The position numbers and the translations under genes were made by a program. Of a stretch of DNA of 64,000 nucleotides, positions 50,456 through 59,487 are shown in pieces (position 1 is the stretch's first letter; every line of letters starts with the position of its first letter). The stretch is taken from assembly GCA_963771355.1 (NCBI GenBank), contig CAVYTA010000006.1:544001-608000 (forward strand). Reading direction: 5' to 3'. The DNA is from an uncultured Candidatus Rokubacteria bacterium (GTDB lineage Bacteria > Methylomirabilota > Methylomirabilia > Rokubacteriales > CSP1-6). The notes beneath the pieces were generated by a model. That model was given only the letters and a program-made list of their open reading frames with translations. It did not search any database and was not told the DNA's origin.

Positions 50456-50899
50456 ATGCTGGTGATCACCGAATCGCCCCTGCCGGTGGAGCCGGCGGCG
50501 CTGGCCGGCCTCGAGCGCGACACCCTGTCGCTCACGTGGGAAGAGCGGCGCTGGACGCGCAAGCGGGTGCGCAGCACGGCCGGGCGCGAGGTGGCGCTGG
50601 CGCTGCCGACGGGCAGCTTGCTGCGGCCGGGGGATGTGCTCGCGCGCGGGGCGGGCTGGTACCTGGTGGTGGAGGGCCGTCCGGAGCCGGTGCTCGCGGT
50701 ATTCCCGCGGGACCGCGCGGAGGCCATCCGCATCGCCTTCGAGGTGGGCAACCGACACTTCTCGCTCGCCCTCGAGGGCGAGGGCATCCTGGTTCCGGAC
50801 GATACCGCCATGGAGCAGCTCCTCATCCGGCTCGGCGTCGCGTGGAAGCGGCGGGAAGCGATCTATGATCCCCTCGGCGCCGCGCCGCATCCGCACTGA
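50456..50899 (+). CDS. ureE: Urease accessory protein UreE
   Basis: [15 protein letters not shown], short HPH tail. Confidence 0.88.
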   Translation: MLVITESPLPVEPAALAGLERDTLSLTWEERRWTRKRVRSTAGREVALALPTGSLLRPGDVLARGAGWYLVVEGRPEPVLAVFPRDRAEAIRIAFEVGNRHFSLALEGEGILVPDDTAMEQLLIRLGVAWKRREAIYDPLGAAPHPH

Positions 50900-50905
50900 C
50901 CGCGC

Positions 50906-51598
50906 GTGATGCTCGATCCCGCGCTCCTCCCGCTGCTGCACTTGACGGATACCGCGCTTCCCACCGGCGGCTACGCGCACTCGTTCGGCCTGGAAACCTA
51001 CTGTCAGGACGGCCGGGTCACCGACGCCGAGTCGCTCGGCGACTTTCTCGCCATGCATCTCGAGGGTGCGACGGGTCCCGGCGATGCCACCGCCGCGGTG
51101 GCGGCGCGGCGCCGCTTCCTCGCCGGCGACATCGGCGGCTGCGCGGGGCTCGACGCCACGCTCGAGGCGATGAAACCGGCCCGCGAGCTGCGCGAGGCGA
51201 GCCGGCAGATGGGGCGCCAGACGCTGCGGGTGGCGGGCGCTCTCACCGGACATCCCGCGCTCATCGGCTACCTGGCCGACGTGGACGCCGGGCGCGCCGC
51301 CGGACACCACGGGGTGGCCTTCGGCATGGCGGCGGGCGCGCTGGGCGTGGCGGATGGCTCGGTGGCCGCGGCGTATCTCTACTCGTCCACGTCCCTCCTC
51401 GTGGGCGCCGCGCAGCGGCTCATGCGGCTGGGACAGCTCGAGGGACAGCGGGTGCTCTGGCTCCTACATCCCTTGATCGCGCGGGTGGCGGCGGAGGCCA
51501 CTGCGCGCGACGCCGCGGACATGTGGAGCTGGGCACCCGGGCTCGAGCTGGCGAGCATCCGCCACGCGGGACTCGACGCGAGGCTCTTCCGCTCATGA
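50906..51598 (+). CDS. ureF: Urease accessory protein UreF
   Basis: [17 protein letters not shown]-terminal RLFRS. Confidence 0.93.
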   Translation: MMLDPALLPLLHLTDTALPTGGYAHSFGLETYCQDGRVTDAESLGDFLAMHLEGATGPGDATAAVAARRRFLAGDIGGCAGLDATLEAMKPARELREASRQMGRQTLRVAGALTGHPALIGYLADVDAGRAAGHHGVAFGMAAGALGVADGSVAAAYLYSSTSLLVGAAQRLMRLGQLEGQRVLWLLHPLIARVAAEATARDAADMWSWAPGLELASIRHAGLDARLFRS

Positions 51599-52233
51599 GC
51601 GCGGCGCTGGCGGCCAAGACGACGCTCCCGCGCCCGCTCAAGATCGGCATTGGCGGGCCGGTGGGCTCGGGGAAGACCGCGCTGGTGGAGCGGCTCTCGC
51701 GGCTCCTCAAGGAGCGCTACGATCTGGCCGTCATCACCAACGACATCTACACCCAGGAAGACGCGCAGTTCCTCGTCCGGCGCGGCGTCTTGCCCGCCGA
51801 GCGTGTGATCGGCGTGGAGACGGGCGGCTGTCCGCATACCGCCATCCGGGAAGATGCGTCCGTGAATCTCGAGGCGGTGCATCAGCTCCGGGGGCGCTTT
51901 CCCGGCCTCGAGCTGCTTTTCGTGGAGAGCGGCGGCGACAACCTGGCGGCGACCTTCAGTCCCGAGCTGGTGGACGCGACGATCTACGTGATCGACGTGG
52001 CGGAGGGCGACAAGATTCCCCGCAAGGGCGGGCCGGGCATCACGCGCTCGGATCTTCTCGTGATCAACAAGATCGACCTCGCCCCCTACGTGGGCGCGGA
52101 CCTGGCGGTCATGGAGCGCGACGCCAAGCGGATGAGAGGAGGCCGGCCGTTTGTCTTCAGCAATCTCCGTGACGGCGAGGGGGCCCAGGCCATCGCCGAT
52201 TGGATCCGCCGGGAGCTCCTCTTCGAGCCCTGA
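51595..52233 (+). CDS. ureG: Urease accessory GTPase UreG
   Basis: [33 protein letters not shown]. Confidence 0.97.
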   Translation: MSAALAAKTTLPRPLKIGIGGPVGSGKTALVERLSRLLKERYDLAVITNDIYTQEDAQFLVRRGVLPAERVIGVETGGCPHTAIREDASVNLEAVHQLRGRFPGLELLFVESGGDNLAATFSPELVDATIYVIDVAEGDKIPRKGGPGITRSDLLVINKIDLAPYVGADLAVMERDAKRMRGGRPFVFSNLRDGEGAQAIADWIRRELLFEP

Positions 52234-53092
52234 GGCAGCCCGCCGCGTCGGACGCGACGGCCTGATCTCCCTGGGCTTCGAGCGGCGCGGCGGCCGGACC
52301 GTGCTCACCGAGCGTCGCTCCGCGCTCCCGCTCCAGGTGCTGGAGCCCATGGAGCTCGAGCCAGGGGTGGCCGCCCTGATGCTGCTGAATCCCACCGGCG
52401 GCGTGGTCGGCGGCGACCGGCTTCACACCGAGGTACGGCTGGGCGCGCGGAGCCATGCCTGCCTGACCACGCCCTCGGCCACCCGGGTCTACCGCAGCGC
52501 GGGCCCGCCCTCGGTGCTGACCTTCCGCGCGACCCTGGATTCGGGCGCCCGGCTCGAATACGTGCCCGACCATTTGATCCCGTCTCCCGGCGCGCGGGCG
52601 CGCCAGTCCACCGAGCTGGTGCTGGCACCGGGAGCCACGGCCCTCGTGCTCGATGCCTGGTCGGTGGGGCGGCCCGCCCGCGGCGAGCGGTGGGCCTTCG
52701 CCGAGCTGGATCTCGCGCTTGGCGTGTCGGATGCCGACGGTCCCATCCTCCGGGAGCGGGCCTGTCTCGGCGGCCGCCGCTCCTGGGAGGGGCTGGGCGG
52801 CGCGGAGGGTCACGCCTACATCGCGACCTTTGCCGCCGTGGGTGCCGCCGCGCAAACGGATCCGACTGGAGGGGAACCGCAGTGGGAGGCCCTCGCAGCT
52901 GAGCTGACGGCGCGCGCAGCGGAGCTCACCGCCGGAGTGCGCGTCGGCGTCAGCGCTCTGGGTCGCGGCGGCGTGCTCGCGCGGGTCCTGGCGCGCTCCG
53001 CGCCGGCTCTGCTGGAGGCGACCGATGCCCTCTGGGCCGCGAGCCGGCGGCGGCTGTATGGGCTTCCCCCGCTGCCCTTGCGGAAGCTCTAG
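52151..53092 (+). CDS. ureD: Urease accessory protein UreD (start uncertain)
   Basis: [42 protein letters not shown] end. Confidence 0.88.
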   Translation: MSSAISVTARGPRPSPIGSAGSSSSSPEAARRVGRDGLISLGFERRGGRTVLTERRSALPLQVLEPMELEPGVAALMLLNPTGGVVGGDRLHTEVRLGARSHACLTTPSATRVYRSAGPPSVLTFRATLDSGARLEYVPDHLIPSPGARARQSTELVLAPGATALVLDAWSVGRPARGERWAFAELDLALGVSDADGPILRERACLGGRRSWEGLGGAEGHAYIATFAAVGAAAQTDPTGGEPQWEALAAELTARAAELTAGVRVGVSALGRGGVLARVLARSAPALLEATDALWAASRRRLYGLPPLPLRKL

Positions 53093-53168
53093 GGGCCGCG
53101 GGGGTCTCAGGCTCCTGTGATAGCCTGCGCGGAGCCAGCATGACGCCTCATGAAGAAGGAGCAGGCGA

Positions 53169-53369
53169 ATGATCTCGTCCCCGCCGTCCGACGGAGAAGG
53201 GATGATGCGCTACGCGGAGCACGCGGCCGCGGCCATCGGTCTGCCCCTCGACCCCGCGCGGAAGGCGGCGGTGGTGCAGCACCTCGCCGTGATGCTCGCC
53301 GCCACCACGCTGGTGCTCGAGTTTCCGCTGCCGGACGAGGTCGAGGCCGCGCCGGTGTTCGAGCCGTGA
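53169..53369 (+). CDS. AtzG/HpxX-like small amidase partner (DUF4089-like)
   Basis: GLPLDP...LEFPLPDEVEAAPVFEP; overlaps amidase start. Confidence 0.75.
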   Translation: MISSPPSDGEGMMRYAEHAAAAIGLPLDPARKAAVVQHLAVMLAATTLVLEFPLPDEVEAAPVFEP

Positions 53370-54772
53370 CGCCGCCGCCGAGTCCGGCGACGCTCGCGGC
53401 GCTCGACGCCGTCGGCACCGCCGAGGCGGTCCGCGCCGGTCGGCTCGGCGCCCGCGACGCCGTGGAGGCCGCGCTGGCGCGAATCGCTTCGCTGGACCCC
53501 GCGCTCAACTGCTTCACCGCGGTGCTCGCGGACACGGCCCGCCGTGACGCGGAGGCGGTCGACGCGCGGGTGGCGCGCGGCGAGGATCCCGGCCTGCTCG
53601 CGGGGGTGCCCTTCGCGGTCAAGAACCTCTTCGACGTGGCGGGGCTCACGACGCTGGCCGGCTCGCGCATTCATGCGTCGCGCCCACCCGCGGCGCGGGA
53701 TGCCGCCGCCGTCGCCGCCCTGCGACGGGCGGGGGCCGTGCTGGTGGGCACGCTGAACATGGACGAGTACGCGTTCGGCTTCACCACCGAGAACAGCCAC
53801 TACGGTCCCACGCGCAATCCCCATGACCGGGAGCGGGTGGCGGGCGGCTCCTCGGGCGGCTCGGGCGCGGCGGTGGGCGCGGGGCTGGTGCCGCTCACGC
53901 TCGGCTCTGACACCAATGGGTCGATCCGCGTGCCCGCCTCCCTGTGCGGGGTGTTCGGGCTCAAGCCCACCTATGGCCGCGTCTCGCGGGCAGGGACCGC
54001 GCTCTTCGCAGGGAGCTTCGACCACGTGGGGCCGCTCGCGCGATCGACCCGCGACCTTGCCGCCGCCCTCGACGCGCTGCAGGGCCCGGACGCCGGTGAT
54101 CCGGTGGCGAGCCGCCGCCCCGCCGAGCCCTGCCGCCTCGAGCTCACGCGCGGGATCGCGGGGCTCCGCTTCGCGGTGGCCGACGGCCACTTCGCGCGCG
54201 GGGGCGAGCCGGCGGCGCTCGCCGCGGTGGGAGCGGTGGCGGAGGCGCTGGGCGCGCGGGACACCGTGACCCTGCCGGAGGCGCATCGCGCGCGCGCCGC
54301 CGCCATGATCATCACCGCGGCGGAGGGGGCGCAGCTCCATCTGCCGGATCTCCGGTCGCGGCCCGAGGAGTTCGACCCGTTGACCCGGGACCGGTTCCTC
54401 GCCGGCGCCCTCCTTCCCGCCACCGCCTACGTGGCGGCGCAGCGCTTCCGCGCGTGGTATCGCGCCCGAGTCGCCGAGCTCTTCGAGGGGATCGACGTCA
54501 TTCTCGCGCCCACCACGCCGTACCCGGCGCCCCGTATCGGCCAGGAGCGGATCACGGTGGCGGGGGCGGAGGTTCCGATGCGACCGACGCTCGGACTCTA
54601 TACCCAGCCGCTGTCCTTCATCGGGCTGCCCGTGATCACGGTGCCGCTGGCGCGGCAGTCCGGATTGCCGCTGGGCGTCCAGCTCGTCGCGGCGCCCTTT
54701 CGCGAGTCCTTCCTGCTGCGCACCGCCCACTATCTCGAGTCGGCCGGCGTGGTCGCGGCTCCCATCGCCTGA
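53366..54772 (+). CDS. AtzE/HpxY-family amidase (amidase signature)
   Basis: VKNLFDVAGLTTLAGS, NMDEYAFGFTTEN, GGSSGGS, GSDTNGSIRVP. Confidence 0.9.
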   Translation: MTPPPSPATLAALDAVGTAEAVRAGRLGARDAVEAALARIASLDPALNCFTAVLADTARRDAEAVDARVARGEDPGLLAGVPFAVKNLFDVAGLTTLAGSRIHASRPPAARDAAAVAALRRAGAVLVGTLNMDEYAFGFTTENSHYGPTRNPHDRERVAGGSSGGSGAAVGAGLVPLTLGSDTNGSIRVPASLCGVFGLKPTYGRVSRAGTALFAGSFDHVGPLARSTRDLAAALDALQGPDAGDPVASRRPAEPCRLELTRGIAGLRFAVADGHFARGGEPAALAAVGAVAEALGARDTVTLPEAHRARAAAMIITAAEGAQLHLPDLRSRPEEFDPLTRDRFLAGALLPATAYVAAQRFRAWYRARVAELFEGIDVILAPTTPYPAPRIGQERITVAGAEVPMRPTLGLYTQPLSFIGLPVITVPLARQSGLPLGVQLVAAPFRESFLLRTAHYLESAGVVAAPIA

Positions 54773-54781
54773 GCCATCCAC

Positions 54782-54817
54782 CAGCGACGCAGCCCCGTGC
54801 AGCGACGCAGCCCCGTG
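54782..54817 (+). repeat. Perfect 18-bp tandem duplication
   Basis: CAGCGACGCAGCCCCGTG twice, just before the SD of the next gene. Confidence 0.9.
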
Positions 54818-54828
54818 AGGAGGAAGCA

Positions 54829-55212
54829 GTGGACCTGAACATTCCCGAGGTCGTGGCCGAGGTCGGCGCCGCGTTCAACCGCTACGAGGCCGCGCTCACC
54901 ACCAACGATGTCCCCGCGCTGGACAGCTTCTTCTGGAACGACCCGCGCGTGATCCGCTTTTCGCTGTCCGACAATGGCTACGGCTTCGAGGCCATCATGA
55001 AGGCGCGGCGTGCGCGCAACAACGTGGACCTTCGGCGCCGGCTCATGCGCACCGTGGTCACCACCTTCGGCCGGGACTTCGCCACCGTGAACACCGAGTT
55101 CAAGCGGGAGGACTCCGGGCGCGAGGGACGGCAGAGCCAGACCTGGGTGCGGACCGCGGAGGGCTGGAAGGTCGTGAGCGCGCACGTGTCGTGGCTGACG
55201 CCGCCGTCCTGA
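54829..55212 (+). CDS. AtzH/HpxZ-like protein (DUF3225, NTF2-like)
   Basis: FNRYEAALTTNDV, LDSFFW, TFGRDFAT, GRQSQTWVR, SAHVS. Confidence 0.88.
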   Translation: MDLNIPEVVAEVGAAFNRYEAALTTNDVPALDSFFWNDPRVIRFSLSDNGYGFEAIMKARRARNNVDLRRRLMRTVVTTFGRDFATVNTEFKREDSGREGRQSQTWVRTAEGWKVVSAHVSWLTPPS

Positions 55213-55219
55213 CCCTTCC

Positions 55220-55332
55220 TGCACAAGATACGGGCTCCCTGCTGATCTCTTGAGCAGACGGCGGTACCCGTCTTACCACCATCCCGCCAAGCGGCTGATT
55301 TACTGAGCCTCCCCCTCGGCACATTGTTTGCT
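55220..55332 (+). promoter_or_regulatory. Enhancer boxes, IHF site and sigma-54 promoter of the stand-alone HTH gene
   Basis: TGCACAAGATACGGGCT (55220), TGCTGATCTCTTGAGCA (55240); IHF match 55288-55300 (minus AATCAGCCGCTTG); CGGCACATTGTTTGCT (GG 55318-19). Confidence 0.7.
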
Positions 55333-55376
55333 CCGGACTTCCAACACAGGACCGGATCGGAAAGGGAGCGGATAGC

Positions 55377-55658
55377 ATGAACGGAATCGAGCTGGCCGGT
55401 GAATTCGAACGGCTCGTGGTGAGCGCGCTGCCCGCGCTCGTGCGGGAAGAGGGAGCCACGGACCGGGGACGCCTCTATCGCGCGGTCATGGCGCGGGTCG
55501 AGCTTCCACTGCTGCGGCATGTGCTGCAGCTGTCGGGGGGCAATCAGCTGAAGGCGGCGCGGCTGCTGGGAATCAATCGCAATACCCTCCGGAAGCGGCT
55601 GCGCGTGCTCGGGCTCCTCCCCGCGGCGCCCAGCCCGAATGGATCGGGGCGCGGCTAG
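55377..55658 (+). CDS. Stand-alone Fis/NtrC-type helix-turn-helix protein
   Basis: LYRAVMARVELPLL...GGNQLKAARLLGINRNTLRKRL; 93 aa, no REC or AAA+ domain. Confidence 0.85.
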   Translation: MNGIELAGEFERLVVSALPALVREEGATDRGRLYRAVMARVELPLLRHVLQLSGGNQLKAARLLGINRNTLRKRLRVLGLLPAAPSPNGSGRG

Positions 55659-55708
55659 CGCGGCATCCATCTGGCTGTTGCGGTGAGTCGGCGGTACACT
55701 CCGGGATC

Positions 55709-56773
55709 GTGCGCACCCGCCTCGCTCCCCCCCTTCACGCGCTCGTCGTCGGGCTGAGTCTGCTCGCGCTGGGCTGCGCTGGCGTGGGCAATGAGCCCTT
55801 GCCGGGCGCGCCCGCCCATCACGTCGCGGGCGGATTCCGGAATGTCGATCCGACCTATCCGCGCGCCGGCGGCTGGGCCCGCTTCAAGTTCATCGTGAGT
55901 CGGTTCTGGGATAGCCTGCTCTCCCCACGCAACTTCGAAACCCCGCGGGAGACGGTCGAGGGCCTGGCGGCGGGGCGCGCGCTTCGCGCCGGGCCGGATC
56001 CCACTGTGACCTGGATCGGCCACGCCACGGTGTTACTGCGCATGGACGGGTTGACCCTCCTCACCGACCCCAGCTGGAGCGAGCGGGCCAGCCCGCTGTC
56101 CTGGGCGGGTCCGCGTCGGCTGGTGCCGCCGGGACTGCCCTTCGAGGAGCTGCCGCGGGTGGACGTGGTCGTGATCTCGCACGATCACTACGACCATCTG
56201 GACCTCGCCACCGTGAAGCGGCTGGCCGCGGCGCACGATCCGCTCTTCGTGGTGCCGCTGGGCCTCAAGGCCTGGTTCGCCGACAACGGCATCACCCGCG
56301 TCGAGGAGCGCGACTGGTGGCAGCGGGTAGAGCATCGAGGTGTCACCTTCGTCTGCGTGCCCGCGCAGCACTTCTCGCAGCGCACGCCATGGGATTCGAA
56401 TCGCCGGCTCTGGGCTACGTGGGCGGTGCTCGGTTCCACGCGGCGCTTCTACTTCACCGGCGACACCGGGTACTTCCCGGGCTTCAAGGAGGTGGGCGCG
56501 CGCATGGGTCCATTCGATCTCGCAGCGGTCGCCATCGGCGCCTATCTCCCCCCGGAGATCATGCGCGCGGTGCACGTGACGCCCGAGGAAGCGGTGCAGC
56601 TGGCGGAGGACGTCCGCGCGCGCGTGCTGCTCGGCATTCACTGGGGCACCTTCGACCTCGCCGAGGAGCCGCTGGGGGAGCCGCCCGAGCGGATGCGGGC
56701 AGAGGCGGCGCGCCGGGCCCTCGGGCCCGATCGCGCCTGGATCCTGCGGATCGGCGAGACGCGCCGCTGGTAA
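55709..56773 (+). CDS. MBL-fold metallo-hydrolase (NAPE-PLD/RomA-like), probable lipoprotein
   Basis: TWIGHAT, SHDHYDHLD, FTGDTGY, IHWGTF; LALGC lipobox. Confidence 0.88.
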   Translation: MRTRLAPPLHALVVGLSLLALGCAGVGNEPLPGAPAHHVAGGFRNVDPTYPRAGGWARFKFIVSRFWDSLLSPRNFETPRETVEGLAAGRALRAGPDPTVTWIGHATVLLRMDGLTLLTDPSWSERASPLSWAGPRRLVPPGLPFEELPRVDVVVISHDHYDHLDLATVKRLAAAHDPLFVVPLGLKAWFADNGITRVEERDWWQRVEHRGVTFVCVPAQHFSQRTPWDSNRRLWATWAVLGSTRRFYFTGDTGYFPGFKEVGARMGPFDLAAVAIGAYLPPEIMRAVHVTPEEAVQLAEDVRARVLLGIHWGTFDLAEEPLGEPPERMRAEAARRALGPDRAWILRIGETRRW

Positions 56774-56785
56774 GATGGCCCCGGC

Positions 56786-57475
56786 ATGGCGAGCCGGGTG
56801 CTGGTCGTCGAGGACGAGGCGGACATCCGCGATCTCCTCGCCTTCCATCTCGAGCGTGATGGCTACCAGGTCACCCGCGCGACCACCGGGCCGGAGGCCT
56901 TGCGCCAGCTGCGCGCCGCGCCCCCCGACCTGGTCATCCTCGATCTCATGCTCCCGGAGCTGGACGGGCTCGAGGTGTGCCGGCGGCTCCGCGCGGACCC
57001 GGCCACGGCCACCCTGCCCGTGATCATGCTCACCGCCAAGGGAGACGAGGTGGACCGGGTGGTCGGTCTCGAGCTGGGCGCCGACGACTACGTGGTCAAG
57101 CCGTTCTCGCCCAAGGAGATGCTGGCGCGCGTGCGGGCGGTGCTCCGGCGGGCGCGCACGCCGCTCTCGGGCGCGCCGCTGGCGGTGGGCGGCATCACGC
57201 TGGACGGCGCCACCCATCAGGCCACCGTGTCGGAGCGGCCGCTGACGCTCACGCCCAAGGAGTTCGATCTCCTCCGCGCGCTCCTCGAGGCGCGCGGGCG
57301 CGTGCTCTCGCGCGAGTTCCTCCTCGACCGCGTCTGGGGCTATGCGCGGGCCGGCGAGATCGAGTCGCGGACGGTGGACGTCCACGTGCGCCGGCTGCGT
57401 GCCAAGCTCGGGCCCGAGGGGGAGCGCATCCTCACCGTGAAGAACGTGGGCTACCGGCTGGCCCCGGACGCCTGA
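56786..57475 (+). CDS. phoB: PhoB/OmpR-family response regulator
   Basis: VVEDE, ILDLMLP, GADDYVVKPFS, RTVDVHVRRLR; precedes phoR-like kinase and phoD. Confidence 0.85.
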   Translation: MASRVLVVEDEADIRDLLAFHLERDGYQVTRATTGPEALRQLRAAPPDLVILDLMLPELDGLEVCRRLRADPATATLPVIMLTAKGDEVDRVVGLELGADDYVVKPFSPKEMLARVRAVLRRARTPLSGAPLAVGGITLDGATHQATVSERPLTLTPKEFDLLRALLEARGRVLSREFLLDRVWGYARAGEIESRTVDVHVRRLRAKLGPEGERILTVKNVGYRLAPDA

Positions 57476-57477
57476 GC

Positions 57478-59307
57478 GTGCGGAGGCTCCTGCTCTTTCT
57501 CCGCCGCCGTATCGCGCTGAAGCTCACGCTGACCCTGGTGGGCTTCACCGCCATCGCCGGGCTCGCGGCGGCGCTGTACCTCAATCACGCGCTGGAGGCC
57601 TACGCGGTGGAGTCGCTGGAGGCCCGCCTGGTGGCGCTCGAGCGCGTGCTCCACGACGAGGCGCGCGATCTCCTGCGCGGCCCGGCCCCGGAAGCGGTCC
57701 GGCAGGCCTTCGCCCAGCGGGCGGCGCGCGCCACCGGCGCCCGCGTGACCTTGATCCGGCCCGACGGCCGTGTGGTGGCGGACTCGGACGCACGGCCGGG
57801 TGGTCTCGCCGGCATGGAGAGCCACGGCGACCGCCCGGAAGTGCGCGCAGCGCTCGCCGGCCGGGTCGGCCGTGACCTGCGCATCAGCAGCACGCTCGAG
57901 ACGCCGCTGCTCTATGTCGCCTCCCCCGCGCGCGATGGGGACCGGATCGTCGGCGTAATGCGGCTGGCCTTGCCGCTCACCGAGGTGACCGCCTCCCACG
58001 AAAACGTGCATCGGGTGATGCTGGTGGGCGGGCTGCTGGCCCTCGCGGTGGCGCTCGGCATCGGCCTCTTCGTGTCGGGAAGGGTGACGCGCCCGGTGGT
58101 CGAGATGCAGTCCATCGCCCGCCAGCTCAGCGAGGGCAACTTCGCCGTGCGCGCCCCCGTGCACTCCCCGGACGAGATCGGCACCCTCGGCCGCTCCCTC
58201 AACGTGCTCGCCGCCCGGCTCCGCGAGAAGATCCAGGACCTCGCGCAAGAGCAGGCCAAGGTCACCGCCATCCTCGACGGCATGGTGGAGGGCGTGATCG
58301 CGGTGGACGGCCACGATCACATCCTGCTCATGAACGAGCGGGCGCGCGCCATGTTCAACCTGGGATCGGGCCGCCTGGAGCGAAAACCGTTCCTGGAAGT
58401 GATCCGCAACGCCGATCTCCACGACGTGTTTCGCGAGGGGCGCGCGGCGGGGATCGAGGTGGCGGGAGACGGGGCGGCGGTCCGACGCGAGCTCCGGCTG
58501 TCCACTCCGGTCGAGCGGATCTTGCAGGTCCACGCCGTCCCCCTTCGTCTGGGCCCCGGCGAGACCGGCGTGGCCATGGTGCTCCACGACATCACCGCGC
58601 TCCGCCAGCTCGAGCAGGTCCGGACCGAGTTCGTGGCCAATGTCTCGCACGAGCTCCGGACGCCCCTCACCGCGATCCAGGGATACCTGGAGACCCTCCT
58701 CGGGGGGGCGATGGACGATCCCGCGCATGCCCGGCGCTTTCTCGAGGTGGTGTTCCGGCATACCGAGCGGCTGGGCCGCCTGCTCAACGACCTCACCGAT
58801 CTGTCCAATATCGAGCTGGGCCGGGTCTCGCTGCAGCGGGGGCCGGTCGCGCTCGGGGAAGTGGTGGACGGCACGCTGGACATCATCCGCGCCAAGGCCG
58901 ACGCGGGCGGGGTGAGGCTGGAGGCGCGGCTGCCCGCAGAGCTGCCCGCCGTCCAGGCGGATCGCGACCGCCTCGCCCAGATCCTCATCAACCTCGTGGA
59001 CAATGCCGTCAAGTACACGCCGCGTGGCGGGCAGGTGGCGGTGGAGGCGGCGGCGGGAGAGGGCCTGGTGGAGGTGGCGGTGGTCGATACCGGCGTCGGC
59101 ATCCCGCCCGCGGACCTGCCCCGCATCACGGAGCGTTTCTACAGAGTGGACCGGGCGCGCTCGCGGGAGCTCGGCGGGACCGGGCTCGGGCTCGCCATCG
59201 TCAAGCATCTGGTCGCCGCGCACGGCGGCACCCTCGTCATCGAGAGCCGTCCCGGCGAGGGTACCCGGGTGCGCGTCACGCTGCCCGCCGCGCCGCCGCC
59301 GGCCTGA
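57478..59307 (+). CDS. phoR: PhoR-like sensor histidine kinase (TM, HAMP, PAS, HisKA, HATPase)
   Basis: EFVANVSHELRTPLT, NLVDNAVKY, ERFYRVDRARSRELGGTGLGLAIVKH. Confidence 0.88.
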   Translation: MRRLLLFLRRRIALKLTLTLVGFTAIAGLAAALYLNHALEAYAVESLEARLVALERVLHDEARDLLRGPAPEAVRQAFAQRAARATGARVTLIRPDGRVVADSDARPGGLAGMESHGDRPEVRAALAGRVGRDLRISSTLETPLLYVASPARDGDRIVGVMRLALPLTEVTASHENVHRVMLVGGLLALAVALGIGLFVSGRVTRPVVEMQSIARQLSEGNFAVRAPVHSPDEIGTLGRSLNVLAARLREKIQDLAQEQAKVTAILDGMVEGVIAVDGHDHILLMNERARAMFNLGSGRLERKPFLEVIRNADLHDVFREGRAAGIEVAGDGAAVRRELRLSTPVERILQVHAVPLRLGPGETGVAMVLHDITALRQLEQVRTEFVANVSHELRTPLTAIQGYLETLLGGAMDDPAHARRFLEVVFRHTERLGRLLNDLTDLSNIELGRVSLQRGPVALGEVVDGTLDIIRAKADAGGVRLEARLPAELPAVQADRDRLAQILINLVDNAVKYTPRGGQVAVEAAAGEGLVEVAVVDTGVGIPPADLPRITERFYRVDRARSRELGGTGLGLAIVKHLVAAHGGTLVIESRPGEGTRVRVTLPAAPPPA

Positions 59308-59487
59308 GGTCCTGCGTCACGGTCGAAGCGGGCGCTGGCGATACACGCACGCCGGCATCAACCGCTCGGCAAAGGCCAGGCCCACGGAGAGTCAGGAGCC
59401 GCAGGCGAGGTGGGCCACCCTCGTCATGCGGAGAACCGCCGGCGGAATCATCGCCGCGTGATCGCACGTTGATGGGAGGATCACACC

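Noticed and set aside
48419..51310. Very long antisense or alternative-frame ORFs (963 aa here; also 19541-21823, 26222-28450, 30478-32691, 37541-39718)
   Set aside because: They are shadows of well-supported genes, expected at high GC3 where stops are rare, and show no recognisable motifs.
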